NCBI GenBank assembly: GCA_018304425.1
Contig: JAGVWE010000002.1
Location: forward strand, 288,001 to 352,000
Direction: 5' to 3'
DNA length: 64,000 nt
Origin: Candidatus Iainarchaeum sp.
GTDB taxonomy: Archaea; Iainarchaeota; Iainarchaeia; Iainarchaeales; UBA10219
The notes beneath the pieces are model-generated. The model was not told the origin of the DNA, did not search any database, and worked only from the letters and a program-made list of their open reading frames with translations. Positions 26,109 to 35,856 of the stretch are shown here, piece by piece; within the stretch, counting starts at the first letter, position 1; each line of letters begins with the position of its first letter. The position numbers and the translations under genes are program-made.

Positions 26109-26768
26109 CTACCCCAACTCGGCCAGGCGCTCGTCGATGGCCTGCTTTTGGCGCTCCCGGGGCTCGCGACGGAGTGGACCGTGACCGGGCAAGAGGGCGT
26201 CGAAGTCGAGGGCCCGGATTTTCCGGAGCGAGGCTTGGAGGTCGACGAGGCTGCCGGAAGGCAAGTCCCATCGGCCGACCGCGTCTGCGAACAGCGTGTC
26301 CCCCGAGAAGAGCAGTCGTTTTTCGGGTTCGAAGAAGCAGACGCTGCCCTGGGTGTGGCCAGGCGAGAACAGGAGGCGCAGGTTGAAGGGGCGAAGCGGC
26401 AACGGCTCGGACTCTACATAATAGCGGTTGACGTGGGGGAAGAACGCGCCCTGGAAGTAGCGGCCGGCCGAGAAGTCCTGGTCGCGGGCGTTGACCAGGC
26501 TGCCATCGTGGACGTGCATCCAGACCTCGGCGTCCGGGAACAAGGAATCCCCTCCAAAGTGGTCGCAGTGGCCATGGGTGTGGAAAACCGCGGAAACCTG
26601 GCCTGGCTCCAAGCCCAGGCCCTTCAAGGAATTAAGCAGGTTGGGGGTGTTTTCTTTTAGGCCTGAGTCGATTAGGGCTATTTTTTTGCCTGCCAATATA
26701 TAGGAATTTGAGCTTGGGCCGGTTGAGTAAACGCAATAAACGCCGGGGCCTACTACCTGTTCCACCAT
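26109..26768 (-). CDS. Metallo-beta-lactamase fold hydrolase (glyoxalase II-like)
   Basis: THGHCDH, PGHTQG, SGDTLF, PGHG. Confidence 0.92.
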   Translation of the reverse strand: MVEQVVGPGVYCVYSTGPSSNSYILAGKKIALIDSGLKENTPNLLNSLKGLGLEPGQVSAVFHTHGHCDHFGGDSLFPDAEVWMHVHDGSLVNARDQDFSAGRYFQGAFFPHVNRYYVESEPLPLRPFNLRLLFSPGHTQGSVCFFEPEKRLLFSGDTLFADAVGRWDLPSGSLVDLQASLRKIRALDFDALLPGHGPLRREPRERQKQAIDERLAELG

Positions 26769-26830
26769 GGAGGAAAAGCGGGTTAAAAGGCCTTTTAAAG
26801 CCTTCCGGGGCGGTATTATGTGGGGGTTGG

Positions 26831-27349
26831 ATGGAGTTTTTTCAAGCAGTGCGGGAACGGCAGTCCATTCGGGCCTTCAAGCCCTTGCCCATCGAGCCCG
26901 AGAAATTGGATGCCTTGTTTGAAGCCGTGAACCGCGCGCCCTCGGCGGGAAACCTGCAGGCCTTTGAAGTCGTGTTAGTCGAGGAAGCGGAGAACAAGGA
27001 GCGGCTGGCAAGGGCCTGCTTCCAGCAGGCGTTCTTGGCCGAGGCCCCGCTGGTGCTGGTGTTTTTCGCGAACCCGGAGCGGAGCACGCCCAAGTATGGG
27101 GAACGCGGTGAGTTGTATGCCTTGCAGGATGCCACGATTGCCGCGGCCTACACGCAGTTGGTGGCACAGGCCCTGGGGTTGGGCAGCGCGTGGGTGGGCG
27201 CCTTCGAGGAACAGGAAGTCCGGGAGGTCCTGCAGTGCCCAGCGGAATGGATTCCGGTGTGCGTCATCCCCTTGGGGCATGCCAATGAAAAACCTTTCCA
27301 CACGGATAGAAGGATAGCGGAGGAATTGTTCCACCGGTGGGGGCTGTAG
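26831..27349 (+). CDS. Nitroreductase family protein
   Basis: RQSIRAF, APSAGNLQ, LGLGSAWVG. Confidence 0.92.
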   Translation: MEFFQAVRERQSIRAFKPLPIEPEKLDALFEAVNRAPSAGNLQAFEVVLVEEAENKERLARACFQQAFLAEAPLVLVFFANPERSTPKYGERGELYALQDATIAAAYTQLVAQALGLGSAWVGAFEEQEVREVLQCPAEWIPVCVIPLGHANEKPFHTDRRIAEELFHRWGL

Positions 27350-28687
27350 ATGGCGAGTTTCTTGGATGACCGGGAAGCCGTGGTCAAGAAAATCATCGTG
27401 TACACGGGCAAGGCGCGGGCCGACATCGAGAAGCTCATGGAGGCCAAGAAGGAAAAGTTCGCTGGCCTGTTGACGGAGGCGGGCGCGGCCTTCCTGGTGG
27501 CGAAGGAGCTTGGCGTGGACCTGGAGTTCGAGAAAAACATCGCCACGCGGTTGAAGCTGGGGCAACTCGAGGAAGGCATGAACAACGTGGACCTGGAAGT
27601 CGGGGTCAAGCAGGTGTTCCAGCCCAAAAAGTTCGAGAAAGGCGAGAAGAAGGGGCGGCTGTGCAACCTCCTGGTCGCGGATGACTCGGGGGAAATGAGG
27701 TTAACGGTTTGGCACAACGACGTGAAGAAACTCGAAGACGAAAAAATCGAGCGCGGGGCCGCGTTGCTGCTGAAGAATTGTTATGTTACTGCCTTCAACG
27801 ACAAGAAGCAGTTGAACCTTGGTTATAACGGGCAAATGATTGTGTTGAGCGAGCCGACGGCGGGGTTGCCCGGCCAGGCTAGGGAAGCCGTGAAGCTCGG
27901 GGAATTGAAGCCCGGCCTGAACGACGTGGATGTGGTGGCGAGGGTAGCGCGGGTGTACGAGGCCCGTGATTTCGAGTCAGCGGGAAGGAAGGGCAGCCTG
28001 CAGGGCCTGGAGTTGGTGGATGGCTCGGGAAGGGTGCGCGCAACCGCGTGGAATGATTTGGTGGAAGAAGCGGGGAAGCTCGTGCCGGGTTCGCTGATAA
28101 AAATCGAGGGCGCGTACACCAAGGAAGGAATGAAGGGAACCGAACTGCACCTGGGCTGGCAGGCCCGCATCATCGTGGAACCCAAGAAACATTCCCTTCC
28201 CTTCTTGGAGGAACTTGGCGGGCAAACGGTTGCCAAAAAGAAGCTGAATGAGTTGGTGGAGGGAAGCGGAACCGTGCAGGTCACGGGAAAAATAGTGGGC
28301 GTGTACAAGGGCAACCTCGCCTACAACACCTGCCTGAAATGCGGCAAGAAAGTCGAGGAAGACGGGGATGCTTACCGGTGCGCGGCCTGCGGGGAGAGCC
28401 GGGAAGCCGACCTCAACGCGGTGATCGGCGTGGGCCTGGATGACGGCACGGCCGAGGTGCGGCTGGTGGCGTTCGGTGACAAGGCCGAAAAACTCATGGG
28501 CTGGAACAAGGCCGAGTTGCGGAAGCGGCTGCAGACCACGATGGCGGAAAAACTGGTCGAGGAACTCAAGCAACAACTGACCGGGAAAGAGGTTTCGGCG
28601 GTCGGCCGCGCCAAGGAAAACCAGAACACGCGGGAAACCGAGTTCATCGCCTGGGAAATCGCGTTCAAGGAAACCCAAGCGGTTTAA
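27350..28687 (+). CDS. rpa: Replication protein A (multi-OB-fold, Zn finger)
   Basis: GLLTEAGAAFLVAKELGV, repeated DxSG..R.T.W OB motifs, CLKC...CAAC. Confidence 0.9.
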   Translation: MASFLDDREAVVKKIIVYTGKARADIEKLMEAKKEKFAGLLTEAGAAFLVAKELGVDLEFEKNIATRLKLGQLEEGMNNVDLEVGVKQVFQPKKFEKGEKKGRLCNLLVADDSGEMRLTVWHNDVKKLEDEKIERGAALLLKNCYVTAFNDKKQLNLGYNGQMIVLSEPTAGLPGQAREAVKLGELKPGLNDVDVVARVARVYEARDFESAGRKGSLQGLELVDGSGRVRATAWNDLVEEAGKLVPGSLIKIEGAYTKEGMKGTELHLGWQARIIVEPKKHSLPFLEELGGQTVAKKKLNELVEGSGTVQVTGKIVGVYKGNLAYNTCLKCGKKVEEDGDAYRCAACGESREADLNAVIGVGLDDGTAEVRLVAFGDKAEKLMGWNKAELRKRLQTTMAEKLVEELKQQLTGKEVSAVGRAKENQNTRETEFIAWEIAFKETQAV

Positions 28688-28714
28688 AAAAAGGTATTGC
28701 CCTATTTTGAGCGA

Positions 28715-29503
28715 ATGAACGCACGACTTGCCGTTGGAATTCTTTTGCTGTTGCTGATTGTGGCGGCGGGGTGCATGGGGCAACCGAAGGCCCCAGTACC
28801 CTCGAAACAGGTCACAGCCCAGTCTAGTCCCGCGACGAAAACCCCGGCCCATGCACCTGCAGCGACCCCTCCAAAAGAGGCTCCGGCCCCCGCAAAACCT
28901 GGGGGTATCGATTTGTTCGGCGCCTGGCAAACACTGGTGTCTGGAACGCCCCAGGAATACCGCCTCCAAGCCAAGATGACGATGGGCATGAACGGGGAAA
29001 CCCTGTTGGACCAGTATTTCAAGGGCGGCAAAATGCGCCGCTTGGACGGCCAGTCAAGTGGGGACGGCTTGAACACGAATAGCCGGATGTTCTTCTTGCA
29101 AAATGGGGGCACGGTCTTCTGCTCGACGCGGGAGGGAACGGAAACCTGCTTCAAGGTGGCGCCCCAAAACGACGAGCAAAGCCCTGCACAGTTCGATGCA
29201 AAAGCCTATGCGCCGAAACCCGAAGACTATCAATTGGGCAACTTCACCCTGGCCCCCCTGCCTCCCAGAATGGTTGCTGGAGAGTCAACTATTTGCTATA
29301 AAGTTACCTACGCCAAGGAGAAAGTCTCTGAGATGTCCGCCTGCTATACCCCTGATGGGATTGCGATGTATCTGGAAATGACGGGGCCCGAGAGCAGCAT
29401 ACACTTTGAAGCCCAGCGCCTGGAACGCCGCGTGAACGACGCCGACCTGGTGCCGCCGCCGGCGCAGAGCATGGAAGACTTGTACAAGGGCATCAGTAAC
29501 TAG
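28715..29503 (+). CDS. Lipoprotein, paralog A
   Basis: Lipobox AAGC, Pro-rich linker, beta-rich domain with 4 Cys. Confidence 0.75.
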   Translation: MNARLAVGILLLLLIVAAGCMGQPKAPVPSKQVTAQSSPATKTPAHAPAATPPKEAPAPAKPGGIDLFGAWQTLVSGTPQEYRLQAKMTMGMNGETLLDQYFKGGKMRRLDGQSSGDGLNTNSRMFFLQNGGTVFCSTREGTETCFKVAPQNDEQSPAQFDAKAYAPKPEDYQLGNFTLAPLPPRMVAGESTICYKVTYAKEKVSEMSACYTPDGIAMYLEMTGPESSIHFEAQRLERRVNDADLVPPPAQSMEDLYKGISN

Positions 29504-29513
29504 GGGGGAGAAG

Positions 29514-30320
29514 ATGGACACGAGAAAACGGGTGTGGGCATTGTTCTTGTTGGCTGGCCTCTTGTTGGCGGGCTGCGTGAGCCAGAACCCGGTGGTGGAA
29601 ACGAAGCCTGCCGCCAAGGAACCCGTGCCGGAGGCCACGAGCGCGGTGAAGCCGGAACCTGAACCCATATGGGAGCCGCCGGCCAAGCCAAAGCCGGTGG
29701 AAGCGGTCAAGGAAGCTGCACCCAACTGGCCGCAGCCCCAGAAAGCGGAAACGCCGGCCGACGAGTTAAAGGCGTGGATTGGCAAGTGGCCCCAGGAATA
29801 CCGGGTGCAGTACAAGATTACCTCGTTTTTCGGCGAACAAATCGCGGAAATGCTGGAAGCCGAGTACTTCAAGACGGACAAGCGGAGAATCGACTTGTTC
29901 GTCGACGATGGAACGCATTTCACGAACACGCGCACCTTCTACTTGCCGGACCAAACCGTGGTCTGCAATTCCCTGGACGGCGAAGCAGAGTTCTGCGTGA
30001 AAACCGGGAAAGAAGAGGCGCGAACGGACTTCACCCAACTAGAGCAAGCTGACTTCGCTTCCTACACCATCACCCGGGAAGAACCACAGCGCATTGCCGG
30101 CGACCAAACCAACTGCTACAAGCTGGTACGAGCGGAAGATGGCAGCGAGACCACGGTGTGCTACACCTTTGACGGCATCCCCTTGTACTTGTCCACGCTC
30201 GGCAAGCAGGACGGGGTGGACGTGGCAACCACCGTGGAAGCCGAGAGCCTCGAGCGAAGGGTTCCGGACAATGAGCTGGAAGCCCCGAGCGCGCAGAGCC
30301 TCGAAGAACTGGGCGGCTAG
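29514..30320 (+). CDS. Lipoprotein, paralog B
   Basis: Lipobox LAGC; aligns to paralog A (PQEYR, YFK, CYK, CYT.DGI, LERRV.D..L..P.AQS.E.L). Confidence 0.75.
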   Translation: MDTRKRVWALFLLAGLLLAGCVSQNPVVETKPAAKEPVPEATSAVKPEPEPIWEPPAKPKPVEAVKEAAPNWPQPQKAETPADELKAWIGKWPQEYRVQYKITSFFGEQIAEMLEAEYFKTDKRRIDLFVDDGTHFTNTRTFYLPDQTVVCNSLDGEAEFCVKTGKEEARTDFTQLEQADFASYTITREEPQRIAGDQTNCYKLVRAEDGSETTVCYTFDGIPLYLSTLGKQDGVDVATTVEAESLERRVPDNELEAPSAQSLEELGG

Positions 30321-30365
30321 AAAAACAGCCCATACGTATTTATTCTCCCACGGCGTCTTAATAGC

Positions 30366-31880
30366 ATGGCGGAAGGCGTCCTACCCCTAACGACCATTGG
30401 CATCATCATCGTGCTGGCCATCGGGTTGAGTATCCTGGTGCGCAGGATTGGCTTGAACCCCGTGCTCGGCTACATCTTCACGGGCTTCCTGTTGGGCCCA
30501 TTCTTCCTCGGCTTTTTGCACCCCGAGGACGCCTTGGTCGTTGGCTTCGGCGAGTTGGGGCTGTTCATCCTCTTGTTCTACTTGGGCTTGGAGTTGTCGT
30601 TGAAGGACTTCCTCAAAGCGGGTTCGGCCTCGCTTGGACTGGCCTTGATTGACATGACCCTGAGCGCGGGCTTTGGGTTTGCCTTGATGCAGTTGTTCGG
30701 CTACTCCTTCTTGTTCTCGGTCATCGTGGGCTTCATGCTGTTCTGCACGAGCACCGCGGTTGTAGCTAAGTTCGCCATCGACAAGGGCATCCTCCATGAC
30801 CCTCCCTCGCAGTTGGCCGTGGCCATCCTCATCCTCCAAGACTTCCTAGGCATCCTCCTCCTCGTGCTGGTCACGAGCATCTCGGCGAGCGGGTCAGCCC
30901 TTGAGCTGGGGCTAACGGCCCTGGCGTTTGCGGTTGCCGCGTTCTACGTCGTGCACCACCTGTCCCGGGCCGCGGACGCCTGGCTGACCAGCAAGGGATT
31001 CGGGCACACGGAAGTAACCTTGTACGCCATCGGCATCGGCCTCATCGTGGCCACCCTCGGAAACCTCCTGCACTTGTCAACGGCGTTAGGCGCCTACTTT
31101 GCCGGGTTCGCGTTGGCCGAGACCCGCGCGGGCGAAAAAATCAAGAAAGACGTGAACTTCATGCGCGACTTCTTCCTTGTGTTCTTCTTCGTGAGCTTTG
31201 GCACCACCCTGTTCTACGACCACCTCAAGGGAGACATCGTCATCCCGGCGGCCCAGACCATGGGCCTGCTGGTGGTGCTCGCGTTGGTCCTGGTGGTGCT
31301 CAGCGAGATTGCGCACAGCCTGGCAGCCGCCCTGTTTGGACCCTTGTTCGGGTTGACGCGGTTCGACTCCAGCACCACCGCCTTGTTGTTGCTGCCCTTG
31401 GGGGAGTTTGTCGTCATCATCGCCACCGCGGCGAGAGAAGTCCTGCCCGGCAATGAAACCGGGCTCGTGTCCACGCTGGCCTTCCTCATCATCGCCATTT
31501 CCGTGATTGCGTTCCAGCCGGCCTATGACCGCATCGCCTGGCACCGCAAGATTTTCGGGGCGCTGCCAGAGTTGTTCCAGGTCCGCCAGGCCCCCAAGAC
31601 CGAGCTGGCCGCCCACACGCCCCTGAGCCGCAGGCTCCTCAAAGAGTTCGGCTCTAACTTCCTCATCGTGGCCTGCCTGGCCTACGCCACCGTTCTATTA
31701 TACTATGAGCTGCCAAGGCTTGGGCTGCCCCTGCTGTACGCACGCCAGTCCACGGCTATTCTGGTGTTCCTCTTGTTCGCTGTTCTGCCCTTCTTCAAGG
31801 GCCTGGAGGCACTCTACCGGTTGCTCGAGCACGCCTTCAAGCAGGTGCACGAGCCGCTCTCAGCCACGCCAAGGGATTAA
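30366..31880 (+). CDS. Cation:proton antiporter (CPA2/KefB-like)
   Basis: GELGLFILLFYLGLE, STAVVAK, ILILQD, LGAYFAG, GEF. Confidence 0.9.
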   Translation: MAEGVLPLTTIGIIIVLAIGLSILVRRIGLNPVLGYIFTGFLLGPFFLGFLHPEDALVVGFGELGLFILLFYLGLELSLKDFLKAGSASLGLALIDMTLSAGFGFALMQLFGYSFLFSVIVGFMLFCTSTAVVAKFAIDKGILHDPPSQLAVAILILQDFLGILLLVLVTSISASGSALELGLTALAFAVAAFYVVHHLSRAADAWLTSKGFGHTEVTLYAIGIGLIVATLGNLLHLSTALGAYFAGFALAETRAGEKIKKDVNFMRDFFLVFFFVSFGTTLFYDHLKGDIVIPAAQTMGLLVVLALVLVVLSEIAHSLAAALFGPLFGLTRFDSSTTALLLLPLGEFVVIIATAAREVLPGNETGLVSTLAFLIIAISVIAFQPAYDRIAWHRKIFGALPELFQVRQAPKTELAAHTPLSRRLLKEFGSNFLIVACLAYATVLLYYELPRLGLPLLYARQSTAILVFLLFAVLPFFKGLEALYRLLEHAFKQVHEPLSATPRD

Positions 31881-31885
31881 AGGCC

Positions 31886-32737
31886 TTGCACTCCAAAAAG
31901 GGTATGCTCGTGCTTTCGGGGTATGAGTTGAAGCGGTTGCTGGCCCGCGAGGCCCTGGTCTCTGTCAACCTCTTTTCAGGCGAAGAAGAAGCCGAGTACG
32001 AAGGCATGCACGCGCGGGTGATGGGCGAAGCAATTGACTTGGCCGGCGTGAAACGCTTGCACGAGGACCGCGTGTACGTGGCAGAGAACGGGGAACTCAA
32101 GGAAGCCAGTTTTTTCGCGGGCAAGGTGTACGCCTTGAAGGCAGTTGAAGGCCACGCGCCCACCATCGAAATCAACGGGATACGCATGCACCGCGTCCCC
32201 ACCCAGAAGGGGGTGGGGCCCGCCCCAGAAGAGGACGCGGAAAACAAAATCGGTTTCCTGGGCCTCAAGCTAGGAGAGAAAGTGCTGGACACCTGCTGTG
32301 GCCTCGGCTACTCGGCGATTGCCGCGCTGCACCGCAGCTGCACGGTGACGGTCCTGGAGTTGGATGAAAACGTGTTGCGGTTGGCTGAACTGAATCCATG
32401 GAGCCGGCCGCTCTTCGACGCCTTGAAGGAGGGGCAAGCGGAACTCGTGCACGGCAATTGCTTGGAGGAAATCCGGAAGCGCGGCAACGCGGAGTTCGAT
32501 GCCGTGGTGCATGACCCGCCCAGGTTCAACGTGGCCAGCGACTTGTACGCCCAAGAGTTCTACGGAGAAGTGTGGCGCGTACTCGACGAAGACGGAAAGC
32601 TGTTCCACTATACGGGCAAGCCCATGGAACGGCACGGTGGCGGGATAAGAAAGGGTGTTCAGAGTCGGCTGCGCAAGGCCGGGTTCCGGAACATCGAGTG
32701 GAACGAGGAATGTTTGGGGTTTAGGGCGCGGAAGTAG
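31886..32737 (+). CDS. Archaeal SAM-dependent methyltransferase (COG2521-like)
   Basis: PTIEINGIRMH, VLDTCCGLGYSA, NPWS, HDPPRF, LFHYTG. Confidence 0.82.
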   Translation: MHSKKGMLVLSGYELKRLLAREALVSVNLFSGEEEAEYEGMHARVMGEAIDLAGVKRLHEDRVYVAENGELKEASFFAGKVYALKAVEGHAPTIEINGIRMHRVPTQKGVGPAPEEDAENKIGFLGLKLGEKVLDTCCGLGYSAIAALHRSCTVTVLELDENVLRLAELNPWSRPLFDALKEGQAELVHGNCLEEIRKRGNAEFDAVVHDPPRFNVASDLYAQEFYGEVWRVLDEDGKLFHYTGKPMERHGGGIRKGVQSRLRKAGFRNIEWNEECLGFRARK

Positions 32738-32778
32738 ACGGGCAAAGAATTATATTCCGGAACGCTGTTAGGCTTGGC

Positions 32779-33405
32779 ATGGGGCGGATTTTTTTCGCGG
32801 TTTTGTTTGCGGTCTTGCTGGTGGCGGGGTGCGTGCAGCAGCAGCCACAGGGGCCCCCAACAGGGCAACCAAAGCAGCTCATAACCCCTTCCATCATCGA
32901 GAACGGCCAAGCCAAGCCCATCCTGCCTGGCTCGTCCGCAGGAGGGGGCGTGGACTACACCTATTATTCGTCGCCCGTGTTCCTCTTGTACTATCCGCGG
33001 GGTTGGGCAGCCGAGGAAGTCGGCAACGGCCAGTTCGCATTCACCGCGCCCGTTGAAGGCGACCCGGAAAAAAACGTGGCCGACCAGCTGATAGTGGAAA
33101 TCTGGGCAGGCGAGGAAAGCACGCCGGAAGCCTACGCCAACTACGAGGCCGAGTTCATGGTCGAAGGCGACCGGGTCACGGGCGGGGGCGCAATCACGTT
33201 CAAGGACCGCGCGGCCTTTGTCATCGAAGTCGAGGGGCCCAACGAGCGCACGGGCAAGCCCATGTTCTACCAGACGGTTTTCTTCCGCAACGGAAAATGG
33301 GTCTACCGATTGCAGTACTCCATGGAGAAGGCACGGCAGGAAAAAGTGCAGCCCCTGTTCGAGGACATGCTCGACCGGTTCGTGGTCGGAAACTACCAAG
33401 GCTGA
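32779..33405 (+). CDS. Lipoprotein, PsbP/Mog1-like fold
   Basis: Lipobox VAGC, YYPRGW, C-terminal FEDMLDRF. Confidence 0.7.
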   Translation: MGRIFFAVLFAVLLVAGCVQQQPQGPPTGQPKQLITPSIIENGQAKPILPGSSAGGGVDYTYYSSPVFLLYYPRGWAAEEVGNGQFAFTAPVEGDPEKNVADQLIVEIWAGEESTPEAYANYEAEFMVEGDRVTGGGAITFKDRAAFVIEVEGPNERTGKPMFYQTVFFRNGKWVYRLQYSMEKARQEKVQPLFEDMLDRFVVGNYQG

Positions 33406-33410
33406 TTTTT

Positions 33411-33956
33411 TTACGCCGGCAAGGGAAGCGGCCGCATGCGGCCGAACTTGATGTACCAGGCCGTGTTGCCGCCAATGAAGGGGCCCGCCTGGTAGACCAC
33501 GTAAAAGAAGTCGACGCCCACCGGGCCTTCGAGGATGGGGCCCGAAAAGGTTCCATTGTTCCAACCGACAAGCACCATTTTCAGCCTGGGGTCGTAGCCC
33601 GCATCCTGGTTGGGCGGCAATCCCCAGGCCTCCCAGTCCCCTTCCAGGATGGGTTCCACGCGCCAAGTGCCCGAAGACGAGCCATAACTCCAGGTCTTGT
33701 CGGCTTTGACTTCGATGCGGCGGAGGTTGCGGGTCTCGGAATAGCTGCGCCAGGTTTCAACGAGACTAGCCTCGACGTCAGCGGTGGAAGCAGATGAAAC
33801 GGGGGGCTCGGTCTGGGGGGCGTTGGGTTGCTCGGGTGCCTCTGGGTTGGGCTCGGACTGGGTTTGGTTGGAGGAAGAGCCCGTGCAACCGCTGGCCGCG
33901 ACGAGTAAGACGAGGAGAACCAGCATCCAGCAGGGCAGGGGATTCCGGAATCGCAT
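33411..33956 (-). CDS. Lipoprotein, lipocalin-like beta domain
   Basis: Lipobox ASGC, Pro/Ser linker, LVETW...GTW; TTATATA promoter. Confidence 0.65.
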   Translation of the reverse strand: MRFRNPLPCWMLVLLVLLVAASGCTGSSSNQTQSEPNPEAPEQPNAPQTEPPVSSASTADVEASLVETWRSYSETRNLRRIEVKADKTWSYGSSSGTWRVEPILEGDWEAWGLPPNQDAGYDPRLKMVLVGWNNGTFSGPILEGPVGVDFFYVVYQAGPFIGGNTAWYIKFGRMRPLPLPA

Positions 33957-34124
33957 GGCAAGAATACGCTGAAGAGGTATATAAGGGTTGGGGCATGTTG
34001 GCGGAACCATCCAGTGAATGCCTTGGACCGGGCAAAGGATTATATTCGGGAAATCCGTTAGGAATGGCATGGGGGCACTCATGGCCTTGGCCTGGATGGG
34101 TTTGTGGTTGGGGCGGTGGCGAGC

Positions 34125-35057
34125 ATGAAACGGGAACAACCTGGCTGGGCCGTGGTCCTTGCCTGTCTGGCCTTTTTTTCCCTGCTGCCCGGGGCCCTGG
34201 CCGACTTGGGGCCCAAGCCGACCGCCGAGGCAATGCTGTCCGTGGACGGAAAGCCCTTCCAGAATGCCTTGGTCTCCCTACAGGAATGCGTGGAAACCGC
34301 TGGGGGGCCGAACGAGGACTACTCGTTGGGCGGGTTGGGCGCGGCCCAGGCCTGGGTTTCAGGCAACGGGGTACAGGCGTTGTTGCGGGACGAGGAAGGA
34401 ACGGAGGCCGTGGCGCCCCTGCAAGGCAGGCAACTGGAGAAAGCCCGTGCCTTTGTCCGGCCGGCGTGGGACGCGGAAAAAAAGTGTTACTGGCAACCGG
34501 CCTACCGGGCCTTTGCTGCATGCGAAAAAGCGGCGTGCACTTTCACGTACATGGTGCCGCAAGCCTTTAGGCTGACGGTATTGGACTTGGATTCCGGAGC
34601 AGTTTTTACCAGTCGGGAACTCAAGCGGACCGGGTTCAACGCGGTCTACGAAATAGGCTTTGATTCCGGGACCGGGCAGGGGAAAGCAATAGAAACCAGC
34701 CTGACTGGAGACTGGCAGCTCAGCTTGTTCGTGGCGTTGCTCCTTGCAACGCTGGTCATTGAATTGTTTGTGGGGGCCCTTGCCGCGCATTTTTGGCTGA
34801 AGAGGCCGGCGCGGACCTTTTTCGTGCCAGTGGCCATTGGAAACCTGGCCAGCTATCCCCTGGTGTTCTTTGGCTTGCGGGCCCTGCCGGCAGGCTTTGC
34901 GGAGGGTCTTTTGCTCCTGGAGTTGGGAGCCTTTGCCTTGGAAGCAATGGTCTTGAAGAAGATGACCGGCTTGACCTGGAAACAGGCACTGGCGTGCAGC
35001 GCGGGAATGAACCTGGCTTCCTTTGCAGTGGGTGGGTTGCCGCTCGCGTTCACGTGA
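34125..35057 (+). CDS. Secreted domain plus 4-TM membrane protein
   Basis: Signal peptide (ALA-DLGPKP), TLVIE / NLASYP / NLASFAVG TM motifs. Confidence 0.7.
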   Translation: MKREQPGWAVVLACLAFFSLLPGALADLGPKPTAEAMLSVDGKPFQNALVSLQECVETAGGPNEDYSLGGLGAAQAWVSGNGVQALLRDEEGTEAVAPLQGRQLEKARAFVRPAWDAEKKCYWQPAYRAFAACEKAACTFTYMVPQAFRLTVLDLDSGAVFTSRELKRTGFNAVYEIGFDSGTGQGKAIETSLTGDWQLSLFVALLLATLVIELFVGALAAHFWLKRPARTFFVPVAIGNLASYPLVFFGLRALPAGFAEGLLLLELGAFALEAMVLKKMTGLTWKQALACSAGMNLASFAVGGLPLAFT

Positions 35058-35081
35058 GGAACGGGAAGCAAGCACGGGCCG

Positions 35082-35675
35082 TTAAACGTCTTTGGTGACC
35101 TGGAAGGAGTTGATGATGGCTTGTGCGCTGGCCTCGGCTGCCGCGAACTCCGCTGGCTTGTTGATGTACACCAGGGAGTAAATGATGTCCTTGCGGGTGG
35201 CGTAGACTTGCAGGGCTTTGACTGGGGTGCCGTCCTGCAAGGTCATGGTGTAAACGAGTTGGTGGGCTGGCAGGGAGCCCAGCATGGCTGGCTTCGAGTC
35301 AAGGAGACTGAAGTCCTGTAAGACGGTGGGAAGCTCTTGGAGGGTGAGGGCCGTATAGTCCTCCAAGGTCATGGGCCGTTCGCGCAGGTCCTGCATGGTC
35401 AGGCCCACGTTTTCCGTGAAGCCGTCGCTGGCCGCGCCAGGAGGAGAAAAAGCGACAATCAGGGCGGGCGAGGACTCGTCCTTCGTCCAACCCGTGGGAT
35501 AATTCATGGCCACGCCGTACTCGAAGTTGTTGTAGCCCGAAAGCCCGGCGGGTGCGGAAATGAGGCCAAGGCCTTGCGCGGGGGCTTGAGGAGCCGAAGC
35601 CGCGGGCGGTTGGTTAACACAACCCAGCAAGGCGATGAGCACAAGCAGTGAAAGGATGACTCCCCTTGATTGCAT
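35082..35675 (-). CDS. PsbP-related lipoprotein
   Basis: Lipobox LLGC, YGVAMNYPTGW, LGSLPAHQLVY, IINSF. Confidence 0.8.
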   Translation of the reverse strand: MQSRGVILSLLVLIALLGCVNQPPAASAPQAPAQGLGLISAPAGLSGYNNFEYGVAMNYPTGWTKDESSPALIVAFSPPGAASDGFTENVGLTMQDLRERPMTLEDYTALTLQELPTVLQDFSLLDSKPAMLGSLPAHQLVYTMTLQDGTPVKALQVYATRKDIIYSLVYINKPAEFAAAEASAQAIINSFQVTKDV

Positions 35676-35856
35676 GGCACATTATGCGGCAAGGAACTAT
35701 ATAAAGGTATCGAGGTTGTTTTCGCACCGGAAATCTGGTCTCGTTTCCTTTAAAAAGGGTTGAAGCGTAAGAGGTACAGCGGCGGCATCCATGGGGGCAG
35801 GCACTCACGCCAGGGCCTGGCCCCTGACCGCTTGCGCGCCGCGTGGAGGAATGCAT

